Positions 14,069-27,043 of a stretch of 64,000 nt of DNA are shown here, piece after piece. Positions within the stretch are counted from its first letter, which is position 1. Each line of letters opens with the position of its first letter. The notes beneath the pieces were generated by a model. That model was not told where the DNA came from and did not search any database. It was given only the letters and a program-made list of their open reading frames with translations. Source of the DNA: Auanema rhodensis (lineage: Eukaryota > Animalia > Nematoda). The translations under genes were made by a program, and so were the position numbers. The stretch lies in contig OZ059895.1 of NCBI GenBank assembly GCA_964057225.1, positions 12,524,001-12,588,000 of the forward strand. Direction: 5' to 3'.

Positions 14069-14877
14069 TTTCAAATTTTTTTAACGATCATACCACGTTG
14101 AAAGTACGCCATGCAGCTGATTTTCAATTTTATCTCTTCAGTAACAAATGTTTTTAATTTTCCAGCAGTTTTACTCAGATAGCTCAACCCAAGGCATCAA
14201 AATATCTTCAATCTTATTTCTATAATACAGTTATAAACCAGTAGTTTATGAACCTTCATCTTAACTTTACTGTTTCTATCTATTTCCTATTGAAACAAAC
14301 ATTGTTTTAACACTATACAACTGTGAAACCTTTTTTAATTTATTGTATTTGGAGCTCATAAGATTTGATATCATCGAGGAATTTAGATGTAACGTAGAAA
14401 ATTACATAACTAACATGAAATTGGAAAAAAAACAATAACGAGGATAAGTATGTAAATAATTGAATATCAGATTTTTTCGCTTACGACCATACCACGTTGA
14501 AAGTACGCAATGCAGCTGATTTTCAATTTTATCTCTTCCGTAACAAATGTTTTTAATTTTCCAGCAGTTTTACTTAGATAGCTCAACCCAAGGCATCAAA
14601 ATATCTTCAATCTTATTTCTATATTACAGTTATAAACCAGTAGTTTATGAACCTTCATCTTAACTTTACTGTTTCTATCTATTTCCTATTGAAACAAACA
14701 TTGTTTAAACACTATACAACTGTGAAACCTTTTTTAATTTATTGTATTTGGATCTCATAAGATTTGATATCATCGAGGAATTCAGATGTAACGTAGAAAA
14801 TTACATAACTAACATGAAATTGGAAAAAAAACAATAACGAGGATAAGTATGTAAATCATTGAATATCAGGTATTTTC

Positions 14878-14996
14878 GCTTACGACCATACCACGTTAAA
14901 AGTACGCCATCCCGTCCGATCTGGCAAGTCAAGCAACGTTGGGCCCGGTTAGTACTTAGATCGGAGACGGCTTGGGAATCCCGGGTGCCGTAAGCT
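14878..14996 (+). rRNA. 5S rRNA (A21, A81 variant)
   Basis: 119-nt 5S plus terminator. Confidence 0.95.
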
Positions 14997-15407
14997 TTTC
15001 AAATTTTTTTAACGATCATACCACGTTGAAAGTACGCCATGCAGCTGATTTTCAATTTTATCTCTTCAGTAACAAATGTTTTTAATTTTCCAGCAGTTTT
15101 ACTTAGATAGCTCAACCCAAGGCATCAAAATATCTTCAATCTTATTTCTATAATACAGTTATAAACCAGTAGTTTATGAACCTTCATCTTAACTTTACTG
15201 TTTCTATCTATTTCCTATTGAAACAAACATTGTTTTAACACTATACAACTGTGAAACCTTTTTTAATTTATTGTATTTGGAGCTCATAAGATTTGATATC
15301 ATCGAGGAATTCAGATGTAACGTAGAAAATTACATAACTAACATGAAATTGGAAAAAAAAACAATAACGACGATAAGTATGTAAATCATTGAATATCAGA
15401 TATTTTT

Positions 15408-15526
15408 GCTTACGACCATACCACGTTGAAAGTACGCCATCCCGTCCGATCTGGCAAGTCAAGCAACGTTGGGCCCGGTTAGTACTTGGATCGGAGACGG
15501 CTTGGGAATCCCGGGTGCCGTAAGCT
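15408..15526 (+). rRNA. 5S rRNA (G81 type)
   Basis: 119-nt 5S plus terminator. Confidence 0.97.
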
Positions 15527-16335
15527 TTTCAAATTTTTTTAACGATCATACCACGTTGAAAGTACGCCATGCAGCTGATTTTCAATTTTATCTCTTCAGT
15601 AACAAATGTTTTTAATTTTCCAGCAGTTTTACTCAGATAGCTCAACCCAAGGCATCAAAATATCTTCAATCTTATTTCTATAATACAGTTATAAACCAGT
15701 AGTTTATGAACCTTCATCTTAACTTTACTGTTTCTATCTATTTCCTATTGAAACAAACATTGTTTTAACACTATACAACTGTGAAACCTTTTTTAATTTA
15801 TTGTATTTGGAGCTCATAAGATTCGATATCATCGAGGAATTTAGATGTAACGTAGAAAATTACATAACTAACATGAAATTGGGAAAAAAACAATAACGAG
15901 GATAAGTATGTAAATAATTGAATATCAGATTTTTTCGCTTACGACCATACCACGTTGAAAGTACGCAATGCAGCTGATTTTCAATTTTATCTCTTCCGTA
16001 ACAAATGTTTTTAATTTTCCAGCAGTTTTACTTAGATAGCTCAACCCAAGGCATCAAAATATCTTCAATCTTATTTCTATATTACAGTTATAAACCAGTA
16101 GTTTATGAACCTTCATCTTAACTTTACTGTTTCTATCTATTTCCTATTGAAACAAACATTGTTTAAACACTATACAACTGTGAAACCTTTTTTAATTTAT
16201 TGTATTTGGAGCTCATAAGATTTGATATCATCGAGGAATTCAGATGTAACGTAGAAAATTACATAACTAACATGAAATTGGAAAAAAAACAATAACGAGG
16301 ATAAGTATGTAAATCATTGAATATCAGGTATTTTC

Positions 16336-16454
16336 GCTTACGACCATACCACGTTGAAAGTACGCCATCCCGTCCGATCTGGCAAGTCAAGCAACGTTGG
16401 GCCAGGTTAGTACTTAGATCGGAGACGGCTTGGGAATCCCGGGTGCCGTAAGCT
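16336..16454 (+). rRNA. 5S rRNA (A69, A81 variant)
   Basis: 119-nt 5S plus terminator. Confidence 0.95.
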
Positions 16455-17263
16455 TTTCAAATTTTTTTAACGATCATACCACGTTGAAAATACGCCATGC
16501 AGCTGATTTTCAATTTTATCTCTTCAGTAACAAGTGTTTTTAATTTTCCAGCAGTTTTACTTAGATAGCTCAACCCAAGGCATCAAAATATCTTCAATCT
16601 TATTTCTATATTACAGTTATAAATCAGTAGTTTATGAGCCTTCATCTTTACTTTACTGTTTCTATCTATTTCTTATTGAAACAAACATTGTTTTAACACT
16701 ATACAACTGTGAAACCTTTTTTAATTTATTGTATTTGGAGCTCATAAGATTTGATATCATCGAGGAATTTAGATGTAACGTAGAAAATTACATAACTAAC
16801 ATGAAATTGGAAAAAAAACAATAACGAGGATAAGTATGTAAATAATTGAATATCAGATTTTTTCGCTTACGACCATACCACGTTGAAAGTACGCAATGCA
16901 GCTGATTTTCAATTTTATCTCTTCCGTAACAAATGTTTTTAATTTTCCAGCAGTTTTACTTAGATAGCTCAACCCAAGGCATCAAAATATCTTCAATCTT
17001 ATTTCTATATTACAGTTATAAACCAGTAGTTTATGAACCTTCATCTTAACTTTACTGTTTCTATCTATTTCCTATTGAAACAAACATTGTTTAAACACTA
17101 TACAACTGTGAAACCTTTTTTAATTTATTGTATTTGGATCTCATAAGATTTGATATCATCGAGGAATTCAGATGTAACGTAGAAAATTACATAACTAACA
17201 TGAAATTGGAAAAAAAACAATAACGAGGATAAGTATGTAAATCATTGAATATCAGGTATTTTC

Positions 17264-17382
17264 GCTTACGACCATACCACGTTAAAAGTACGCCATCCCG
17301 TCCGATCTGGCAAGTCAAGCAACGTTGGGCCCGGTTAGTACTTAGATCGGAGACGGCTTGGGAATCCCGGGTGCCGTAAGCT
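17264..17382 (+). rRNA. 5S rRNA (A21, A81 variant)
   Basis: 119-nt 5S plus terminator. Confidence 0.95.
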
Positions 17383-17793
17383 TTTCAAATTTTTTTAACG
17401 ATCATACCACGTTGAAAGTACGCCATGCAGCTGATTTTCAATTTTATCTCTTCAGTAACAAATGTTTTTAATTTTCCAGCAGTTTTACTTAGATAGCTCA
17501 ACCCAAGGCATCAAAATATCTTCAATCTTATTTCTATAATACAGTTATAAACCAGTAGTTTATGAACCTTCATCTTAACTTTACTGTTTCTATCTATTTC
17601 CTATTGAAACAAACATTGTTTTAACACTATACAACTGTGAAACCTTTTTTAATTTATTGTATTTGGAGCTCATAAGATTTGATATCATCGAGGAATTCAG
17701 ATGTAACGTAGAAAATTACATAACTAACATGAAATTGGAAAAAAAAACAATAACGACGATAAGTATGTAAATCATTGAATATCAGATATTTTT

Positions 17794-17912
17794 GCTTACG
17801 ACCATACCACGTTGAAAGTACGCCATCCCGTCCGATCTGGCAAGTCAAGCAACGTTGGGCCCGGTTAGTACTTGGATCGGAGACGGCTTGGGAATCCCGG
17901 GTGCCGTAAGCT
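17794..17912 (+). rRNA. 5S rRNA (G81 type)
   Basis: 119-nt 5S plus terminator. Confidence 0.97.
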
Positions 17913-18721
17913 TTTCAAATTTTTTTAACGATCATACCACGTTGAAAGTACGCCATGCAGCTGATTTTCAATTTTATCTCTTCAGTAACAAATGTTTTTA
18001 ATTTTCCAGCAGTTTTACTCAGATAGCTCAACCCAAGGCATCAAAATATCTTCAATCTTATTTCTATAATACAGTTATAAACCAGTAGTTTATGAACCTT
18101 CATCTTAACTTTACTGTTTCTATCTATTTCCTATTGAAACAAACATTGTTTTAACACTATACAACTGTGAAACCTTTTTTAATTTATTGTATTTGGAGCT
18201 CATAAGATTTGATATCATCGAGGAATTTAGATGTAACGTAGAAAATTACATAACTAACATGAAATTGGAAAAAAAACAATAACGAGGATAAGTATGTAAA
18301 TAATTGAATATCAGATTTTTTCGCTTACGACCATACCACGTTGAAAGTACGCAATGCAGCTGATTTTCAATTTTATCTCTTCCGTAACAAATGTTTTTAA
18401 TTTTCCAGCAGTTTTACTTAGATAGCTCAACCCAAGGCATCAAAATATCTTCAATCTTATTTCTATATTACAGTTATAAACCAGTAGTTTATGAACCTTC
18501 ATCTTAACTTTACTGTTTCTATCTATTTCCTATTGAAACAAACATTGTTTAAACACTATACAACTGTGAAACCTTTTTTAATTTATTGTATTTGGAGCTC
18601 ATAAGATTTGATATCATCGAGGAATTCAGATGTAACGTAGAAAATTACATAACTAACATGAAATTGGAAAAAAAACAATAACGAGGATAAGTATGTAAAT
18701 CATTGAATATCAGGTATTTTC

Positions 18722-18840
18722 GCTTACGACCATACCACGTTGAAAGTACGCCATCCCGTCCGATCTGGCAAGTCAAGCAACGTTGGGCCAGGTTAGTACT
18801 TAGATCGGAGACGGCTTGGGAATCCCGGGTGCCGTAAGCT
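18722..18840 (+). rRNA. 5S rRNA (A69, A81 variant)
   Basis: 119-nt 5S plus terminator. Confidence 0.95.
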
Positions 18841-19649
18841 TTTCAAATTTTTTTAACGATCATACCACGTTGAAAGTACGCCATGCAGCTGACTTTCAAT
18901 TTTATCTCTTCAGTAACAAGTGTTTTTAATTTTCCAGCAGTTTTACTTAGATAGCTCAACCCAAGGCATCAAAATATCTTCAATCTTATTTCTATATTAC
19001 AGTTATAAATCAGTAGTTTATGAGCCTTCATCTTTACTTTACTGTTTCTATCTATTTCTTATTGAAACAAACATTGTTTTAACACTATACAACTGTGAAA
19101 CCTTTTTTAATTTATTGTATTTGGAGCTCATAAGATTTGATATCATCGAGGAATTTAGATGTAACGTAGAAAATTACATAACTAACATGAAATTGGAAAA
19201 AAAACAATAACGAGGATAAGTATGTAAATAATTGAATATCAGATTTTTTCGCTTACGACCATACCACGTTGAAAGTACGCAATGCAGCTGATTTTCAATT
19301 TTATCTCTTCCGTAACAAATGTTTTTAATTTTCCAGCAGTTTTACTTAGATAGCTCAACCCAAGGCATCAAAATATCTTCAATCTTATTTCTATATTACA
19401 GTTATAAACCAGTAGTTTATGAACCTTCATCTTAACTTTACTGTTTCTATCTATTTCCTATTGAAACAAACATTGTTTAAACACTATACAACTGTGAAAC
19501 CTTTTTTAATTTATTGTATTTGGATCTCATAAGATTTGATATCATCGAGGAATTCAGATGTAACGTAGAAAATTACATAACTAACATGAAATTGGAAAAA
19601 AAACAATAACGAGGATAAGTATGTAAATCATTGAATATCAGGTATTTTC

Positions 19650-19768
19650 GCTTACGACCATACCACGTTAAAAGTACGCCATCCCGTCCGATCTGGCAAG
19701 TCAAGCAACGTTGGGCCCGGTTAGTACTTAGATCGGAGACGGCTTGGGAATCCCGGGTGCCGTAAGCT
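19650..19768 (+). rRNA. 5S rRNA (A21, A81 variant)
   Basis: 119-nt 5S plus terminator. Confidence 0.95.
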
Positions 19769-20179
19769 TTTCAAATTTTTTTAACGATCATACCACGTTG
19801 AAAGTACGCCATGCAGCTGATTTTCAATTTTATCTCTTCAGTAACAAATGTTTTTAATTTTCCAGCAGTTTTACTTAGATAGCTCAACCCAAGGCATCAA
19901 AATATCTTCAATCTTATTTCTATAATACAGTTATAAACCAGTAGTTTATGAACCTTCATCTTAACTTTACTGTTTCTATCTATTTCCTATTGAAACAAAC
20001 ATTGTTTTAACACTATACAACTGTGAAACCTTTTTTAATTTATTGTATTTGGAGCTCATAAGATTTGATATCATCGAGGAATTCAGATGTAACGTAGAAA
20101 ATTACATAACTAACATGAAATTGGAAAAAAAAACAATAACGACGATAAGTATGTAAATCATTGAATATCAGATATTTTT

Positions 20180-20298
20180 GCTTACGACCATACCACGTTG
20201 AAAGTACGCCATCCCGTCCGATCTGGCAAGTCAAGCAACGTTGGGCCCGGTTAGTACTTGGATCGGAGACGGCTTGGGAATCCCGGGTGCCGTAAGCT
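20180..20298 (+). rRNA. 5S rRNA (G81 type)
   Basis: 119-nt 5S plus terminator. Confidence 0.97.
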
Positions 20299-21107
20299 TT
20301 TCAAATTTTTTTAACGATCATACCACGTTGAAAGTACGCCATGCAGCTGATTTTCAATTTTATCTCTTCAGTAACAAATGTTTTTAATTTTCCAGCAGTT
20401 TTACTCAGATAGCTCAACCCAAGGCATCAAAATATCTTCAATCTTATTTCTATAATACAGTTATAAACCAGTAGTTTATGAACCTTCATCTTAACTTTAC
20501 TGTTTCTATCTATTTCCTATTGAAACAAACATTGTTTTAACACTATACAACTGTGAAACCTTTTTTAATTTATTGTATTTGGAGCTCATAAGATTTGATA
20601 TCATCGAGGAATTTAGATGTAACGTAGAAAATTACATAACTAACATGAAATTGGAAAAAAAACAATAACGAGGATAAGTATGTAAATAATTGAATATCAG
20701 ATTTTTTCGCTTACGACCATACCACGTTGAAAGTACGCAATGCAGCTGATTTTCAATTTTATCTCTTCCGTAACAAATGTTTTTAATTTTCCAGCAGTTT
20801 TACTTAGATAGCTCAACCCAAGGCATCAAAATATCTTCAATCTTATTTCTATATTACAGTTATAAACCAGTAGTTTATGAACCTTCATCTTAACTTTACT
20901 GTTTCTATCTATTTCCTATTGAAACAAACATTGTTTAAACACTATACAACTGTGAAACCTTTTTTAATTTATTGTATTTGGAGCTCATAAGATTTGATAT
21001 CATCGAGGAATTCAGATGTAACGTAGAAAATTACATAACTAACATGAAATTGGAAAAAAAACAATAACGAGGATAAGTATGTAAATCATTGAATATCAGG
21101 TATTTTC

Positions 21108-21226
21108 GCTTACGACCATACCACGTTGAAAGTACGCCATCCCGTCCGATCTGGCAAGTCAAGCAACGTTGGGCCCGGTTAGTACTTAGATCGGAGACGG
21201 CTTGGGAATCCCGGGTGCCGTAAGCT
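21108..21226 (+). rRNA. 5S rRNA (A81 variant)
   Basis: 119-nt 5S plus terminator. Confidence 0.95.
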
Positions 21227-21637
21227 TTTCAAATTTTTTTAACGATCATACCACGTTGAAAGTACGCCATGCAGCTGATTTTCAATTTTATCTCTTCAGT
21301 AACAAATGTTTTTAATTTTCCAGCAGTTTTACTTAGATAGCTCAACCCAAGGCATCAAAATATCTTCAATCTTATTTCTATAATACAGTTATAAACCAGT
21401 AGTTTATGAACCTTCATCTTAACTTTACTGTTTCTATCTATTTCCTATTGAAACAAACATTGTTTTAACACTATACAACTGTGAAACCTTTTTTAATTTA
21501 TTGTATTTGGAGCTCATAAGATTTGATATCATCGAGGAATTCAGATGTAACGTAGAAAATTACATAACTAACATGAAATTGGAAAAAAAAACAATAACGA
21601 CGATAAGTATGTAAATCATTGAATATCAGATATTTTT

Positions 21638-21756
21638 GCTTACGACCATACCACGTTGAAAGTACGCCATCCCGTCCGATCTGGCAAGTCAAGCAACGTT
21701 GGGCCCGGTTAGTACTTGGATCGGAGACGGCTTGGGAATCCCGGGTGCCGTAAGCT
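21638..21756 (+). rRNA. 5S rRNA (G81 type)
   Basis: 119-nt 5S plus terminator. Confidence 0.97.
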
Positions 21757-22565
21757 TTTCAAATTTTTTTAACGATCATACCACGTTGAAAGTACGCCAT
21801 GCAGCTGATTTTCAATTTTATCTCTTCAGTAACAAATGTTTTTAATTTTCCAGCAGTTTTACTCAGATAGCTCAACCCAAGGCATCAAAATATCTTCAAT
21901 CTTATTTCTATAATACAGTTATAAACCAGTAGTTTATGAACCTTCATCTTAACTTTACTGTTTCTATCTATTTCCTATTGAAACAAACATTGTTTTAACA
22001 CTATACAACTGTGAAACCTTTTTTAATTTATTGTATTTGGAGCTCATAAGATTTGATATCATCGAGGAATTTAGATGTAACGTAGAAAATTACATAACTA
22101 ACATGAAATTGGAAAAAAAACAATAACGAGGATAAGTATGTAAATAATTGAATATCAGATTTTTTCGCTTACGACCATACCACGTTGAAAGTACGCAATG
22201 CAGCTGATTTTCAATTTTATCTCTTCCGTAACAAATGTTTTTAATTTTCCAGCAGTTTTACTTAGATAGCTCAACCCAAGGCATCAAAATATCTTCAATC
22301 TTATTTCTATATTACAGTTATAAACCAGTAGTTTATGAACCTTCATCTTAACTTTACTGTTTCTATCTATTTCCTATTGAAACAAACATTGTTTAAACAC
22401 TATACAACTGTGAAACCTTTTTTAATTTATTGTATTTGGAGCTCATAAGATTTGATATCATCGAGGAATTCAGATGTAACGTAGAAAATTACATAACTAA
22501 CATGAAATTGGAAAAAAAACAATAACGAGGATAAGTATGTAAATCATTGAATATCAGGTATTTTC

Positions 22566-22684
22566 GCTTACGACCATACCACGTTGAAAGTACGCCATCT
22601 CGTCCGATCTGGCAAGTCAAGCAACGTTGGGCCCGGTTAGTACTTAGATCGGAGACGGCTTGGGAATCCCGGGTGCCGTAAGCT
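22566..22684 (+). rRNA. 5S rRNA (T35, A81 variant)
   Basis: 119-nt 5S plus terminator. Confidence 0.94.
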
Positions 22685-23493
22685 TTTCAAATTTTTTTAA
22701 CGATCATACCACGTTGAAAGTACGCCATGCAGCTGATTTTCAATTTTATCTCTTCAGTAACAAATGTTTTTAATTTTCCAGCAGTTTTACTTAGATAGCT
22801 CAACCCAAGGCAACAAAATATCTTCAATCTTATTTCTATATTACAGTTATAAATCAGTAGTTTATGAACCTTCATCTTAACTTTCCTGTTTCTATCTATT
22901 TCCTATTGAAACAAACATTGTTTTAACACTATACAACTGTGAAACCTTTTTTAATTTATTGTATTTGGAGCTCATAAGATTTGATATCATCGAGGAATTT
23001 AGATGTAACGTAGAAAATTACATAACTAACATGAAATTGGAAAAAAAACAATAACGAGGATAAGTATGTAAATCATTGAATATCAGATTTTTTCGCTTAC
23101 GACCATACCACGTTGAAAGTACGCCATGCAGCTGATTTTCAATTTTATCTCTTCCGTAACAAATGTTTTTAATTTTCCAGCAGTTTTACTTAGATAGCTC
23201 AACCCAAGGCATCAAAATATCTTCAATCTTATTTCTATATTACAGTTATAAACCAGTAGTTTATGAACCTTCATTTTAACTTTACTGTTTCTATCTATTT
23301 CCTATTGAAACAAACATTGTTTAAACACTATACAACTGTGAAACCTTTTTTAATTTATTGTATTTGGATCTCATAAGATTTGATATCATCGAGGGATTCA
23401 GATGTAACGTAGAAAATTACATAACTAACATGAAATTGGAAAAAAAACAATAACGAGGATGAGTATGTAAATCATTGAATATCAGGTATTTTC

Positions 23494-23612
23494 GCTTACG
23501 ACCATACCACGTTGAAAGTACGCCATCCCGTCCGATCTGGCAAGTCAAGCAACGTTGGGCCCGGTTAGTACTTGGATCGGAGACGGCTTGGGAATCCCGG
23601 GTGCCGTAAGCT
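23494..23612 (+). rRNA. 5S rRNA (G81 type)
   Basis: 119-nt 5S plus terminator. Confidence 0.97.
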
Positions 23613-23957
23613 TTTCAAATTTTTTTAACGATCCTACCACGTTGAAAGTACGCAATGCAGCTGATTTTCAATTTTATCTCTTCCGTAACAAATGTTTTTA
23701 ATTTTCCAGCAGTTTTACTTAGATAGCTCAACCCAAGGCATCAAAATATCTTCAATCTTATTTCTATATTACAGTTATAAACCAGTAGTTTATGAACCTT
23801 CATCTTAACTTTACTGTTTCTATCTATTTCCTATTGAAACAAACATTGTTTAAACACTATACAACTGTGAAACCTTTTTTAATTTATTGTATTTGGATCT
23901 CATAAGATTTGATATCATCGAGGGATTTAGATGTAACGTAGAAAATTACATAACTAA

Positions 23958-24296
23958 TGTTCTATACGTGTCTTATAAAGAAGGCGGTTGACAACGTCAA
24001 CCGACTTTTGGTTAATAGAATTCAATAAGAAACTAGACCTGAACTACTTTTTGTATAAATTCAATTATATTTGTTATTAATATTTTGCTATATAAACCCC
24101 TGAGAAAGCAACTAGGTTGGCTTTCTCATAACATGTAGTTTCATTTATTTGATTATTGTATTTTGCTTTTATAATTGTATTTCCATATTCTGAATAAACT
24201 TCTTTTTCTCTACTCTCTGTTACTTTTACAATGGCATTCACACTATTAAAGTCCATATGGTTACCTAGCCGGAACCCTAGGAACCAATATGGAACG
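23958..24296 (+). repeat. 5' LTR of gypsy element
   Basis: TGTTC...GGAACG; 3 mismatches seen versus 44344-44682; TATATAAA near 24088 and AATAAA near 24193. Confidence 0.96.
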
Positions 24297-24315
24297 TGGA
24301 GGTTCCACCGAGATT
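24297..24315 (+). promoter_or_regulatory. Primer binding site complementary to tRNA-Gln 3' end
   Basis: TGGAGGTTCCACCGAGATT is the reverse complement of AATCTCGGTGGAACCT-CCA, the animal tRNA-Gln 3' end; directly follows the LTR. Confidence 0.92.
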
Positions 24316-25429
24316 CGTCTATAAGGGACGAATCTCTATGGACCATTGCCGCTACTTTTTCTCACCTTTAAATTACTTTCTCTTTCTTTGAAATCCTTTT
24401 TACTCTAAAAATTTATCTTGATTTCATATCCAAAAATTCTAATTAAATTTTATATTTCAAACTTTCAAGTCAATTTTGTATCTAAAACAAAAACTCCAAT
24501 TTAATCTAGTAATTCGAATTTATCTCTAAATATCATTCTTCTGACATCATTTCTGATATATCTATTTGAAAAAAAAAATGTCTTATACATATTATCTATT
24601 ACAATCTATATTCCTACTTTATTCCTCTACTTTCCTGTATGTTTAAAGCATATAATGCATAAAAACTCTTTTTGGAACAAGCATATCAAAATATTTAACC
24701 ACGAATAATATTAAAAACTATCAATTCATGAAATATCTTAAAGACATTTATTCATATTGCAACACTTACCCATAAGTCATCTTGAAAACATCTTATCACA
24801 AGCTAAATTTTGAAAATATCTATTCATAAATCATTCTGAAAACATTGATTCATAAACAAAACCACTATTCTTGATATCTAACGCATTTTTATGAGAAAGC
24901 TCCGTAAGAAACAATACCAGACATTCTCGGGACATCGCGCGGAGGCGTACACTTTTTGATATAAGACGCGCAATCATTTGAAATTAACCCTTTTTGGTCC
25001 CATATGAGAATTAAAGAATATTTTGAAGTTGAGTGGTCCCACCTAGCAAGACCCAGGGGAACAGAAGTAACGTTAAAAGGGAACGTCTTTTGGGGGTTTG
25101 CTTAGGTAAGAGAAGTCTGGAAAAGTGAGTATGAGAAGCCTGTGTACCTGATCTTGTCCATGACTGAAAAGGAGCAATACACAGACCACTGTCTCATATC
25201 TCATGCCTCTTCGAGAGATAAGAACTTGGTCCTTTGCTAAAGGTCACACGTAGTTGCGGACTCGTGTATGAACCTGACCAGGCTATTCTCCAACTAGAGA
25301 CCCGCTGCAGGCTGGCCCCCTGACAGGAACAGGAGTCGCGCATACCAACCCCATATTGTCTCTTACGTTTTGTATAATATAAGCTCAGTCTTCGTTGGTT
25401 AATAATTTCCTTCCAGGAAACCAACAAAG

Positions 25430-27043
25430 ATGGCTGACGCAGCGAATCAAAACCCTCCGCCGGGAAATATTGCCCAAAATGCTACGAATAGCGCAGAGAA
25501 AACTCAGACAGTGGAAGCAGCACTGCATAGAAACCAAAGAAAAAGAGGACCACCGGATGCATTCCGACCAGATGCGAAATATCCGAAAACGAACGCGAAA
25601 TCAAAGAAATTACCCCCTATTCCGGGTACACCGCTAACTGCTAAGAAACTTTATACTACTGCTATTAAAACTACTAGGCATGCAATTAGCTTGAATAAGA
25701 ATAAAGCATCATCCAGTAAATCTACGCCCGAACGCTCTTCTCACTCTCCAAAAACAGTTGTTAATACCGGCACTAACACTTGTCCTCCAAATCACACTTC
25801 TCCTCAACGCCTTGTTCAAACCGCAAATGCGGAAATCCTCACCTCTCCTATTCCTAGAAACTCTCCCTCTTCCACTGATCAATCTTTGCACGGGCACTCT
25901 CTGTCTCCTGTCTCTTCTTCGTCAGACAATAACGTAAATTTGACTTCGAATGTTACAGAGCAGAGAAGTCGCCCTCAAATGGCAGAGCAGATGGAGCAAG
26001 ACAACTCTCCTATTGCAAGAGCCCACAACGTTTCTATTCGCCATCACAAACCTACGCTTTATGATGGATCGGTTCCATTCAACCTCTACATGCAAAGACT
26101 AGAAGGATATTTCGATGCCCTTCAAGTCCCTATTGCCGAGAGACTTTCCCATCTCTATCTACTTCTCGGAACGGATAGAGCCGCTGAAGCTCTTCGAACT
26201 ATACCAGCAGAAGACTTACGCCTGGGATGGAACCACGTCAAACGCATACTATCGGAGAAATTACAACCTCCAGAAAAGAGAGATGCAGCATTCACAAAAC
26301 TCACTCATTTGAAACAAGGAGAGCACAAAACGGTACAAAATTTCGCTCAACGCTGCAGAAACCTTGCCTACGAATCATGCAACATGGACTCGACAGCCGA
26401 TGAAAGAATACTACGAGTTTCATTCTTAGGAGGACTACGAAAGACTTTAAGAACACATGTCAATAACCGCAGCCCTATCACCTTTGATGCAGCCGTGACT
26501 ATTGCCGAAACTGTGGAAGCTGACGAGGATCCTTCGCTCTTGGTCAACAACTTGATTAAAGACGTGGAACAACTAGAGATTAATAACGGTCTCATAAACC
26601 ACATGAGAGCATCACAACAGGAGAAAATCTATGACGGATCACAAACACACCAATCAAGAACATTCTATGGAAATCAATCAAGACCACAACACCCACAAGA
26701 GCAATGGAATCAAAGAAGAGGAGGATACCGCTCACCAAGATACCAAGAGGATCGACAAAATAACCGTCACAACTTCAGACAGGATAACAGAAACAATGGA
26801 TATCAACGAGGATACAACAATTATCGTAGCCCCCAACGGTACGATAGATACAATGATCGATACAACAGCAGAGGAAACGATCGATATGATAGCAGAAGGA
26901 ACGATCGACAGGAGCACAGAGGAAACGACCGATACAACCGCGGAAACTGTCCTGATCGCGGATTTCAACAACGAAATCGCAGCACTTCATATGGACAGGC
27001 ACAGAGATCGCACAAGAAGCCCCAGCGTCCGTTTTCACGTTAA
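25430..27043 (+). CDS. gag: Gag portion of gypsy polyprotein; frameshifted at about 26996 by an 8-bp deletion
   Basis: Capsid-like YDGSVPFNLYMQRLEGYF and LKQGEHKTVQNFAQRC; R/N/D/Y-rich basic tail; in frame with env in the inverted copy. Confidence 0.88.
   Translation: MADAANQNPPPGNIAQNATNSAEKTQTVEAALHRNQRKRGPPDAFRPDAKYPKTNAKSKKLPPIPGTPLTAKKLYTTAIKTTRHAISLNKNKASSSKSTPERSSHSPKTVVNTGTNTCPPNHTSPQRLVQTANAEILTSPIPRNSPSSTDQSLHGHSLSPVSSSSDNNVNLTSNVTEQRSRPQMAEQMEQDNSPIARAHNVSIRHHKPTLYDGSVPFNLYMQRLEGYFDALQVPIAERLSHLYLLLGTDRAAEALRTIPAEDLRLGWNHVKRILSEKLQPPEKRDAAFTKLTHLKQGEHKTVQNFAQRCRNLAYESCNMDSTADERILRVSFLGGLRKTLRTHVNNRSPITFDAAVTIAETVEADEDPSLLVNNLIKDVEQLEINNGLINHMRASQQEKIYDGSQTHQSRTFYGNQSRPQHPQEQWNQRRGGYRSPRYQEDRQNNRHNFRQDNRNNGYQRGYNNYRSPQRYDRYNDRYNSRGNDRYDSRRNDRQEHRGNDRYNRGNCPDRGFQQRNRSTSYGQAQRSHKKPQRPFSR

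Larger units (their letters stand above)
1..23957 (+). repeat. 5S rDNA tandem array: 529-bp full units and 399-bp truncated units in higher-order repeats
   Basis: Near-identical AT-rich spacer recurs throughout; 30 full genes and 18 33-nt gene fragments counted; periods of 928, 1458, 1599 and 2385-2386 bp. Confidence 0.98.

Noticed and set aside
4075-22875. Repeated 96-aa, 64-aa and 62-aa ORFs in the array
   Set aside because: They are chance frames in 5S spacer and antisense 5S sequence, appearing or vanishing with single SNPs or A-run length
1-23957. CRISPR-like repeat/spacer array
   Set aside because: The recurring 29-33 nt word is the 5S 5' end and the intervening sequences are identical, not unique spacers
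26631-26996. T/D/I/E-rich N-terminus of the 1294-aa ORF as a real protein
   Set aside because: It is the alternate frame of Gag, joined to env only by the 8-bp deletion
26980-27043. Programmed gag/env frameshift
   Set aside because: The inverted copy has 8 more bases and is in frame; no slippery site is evident
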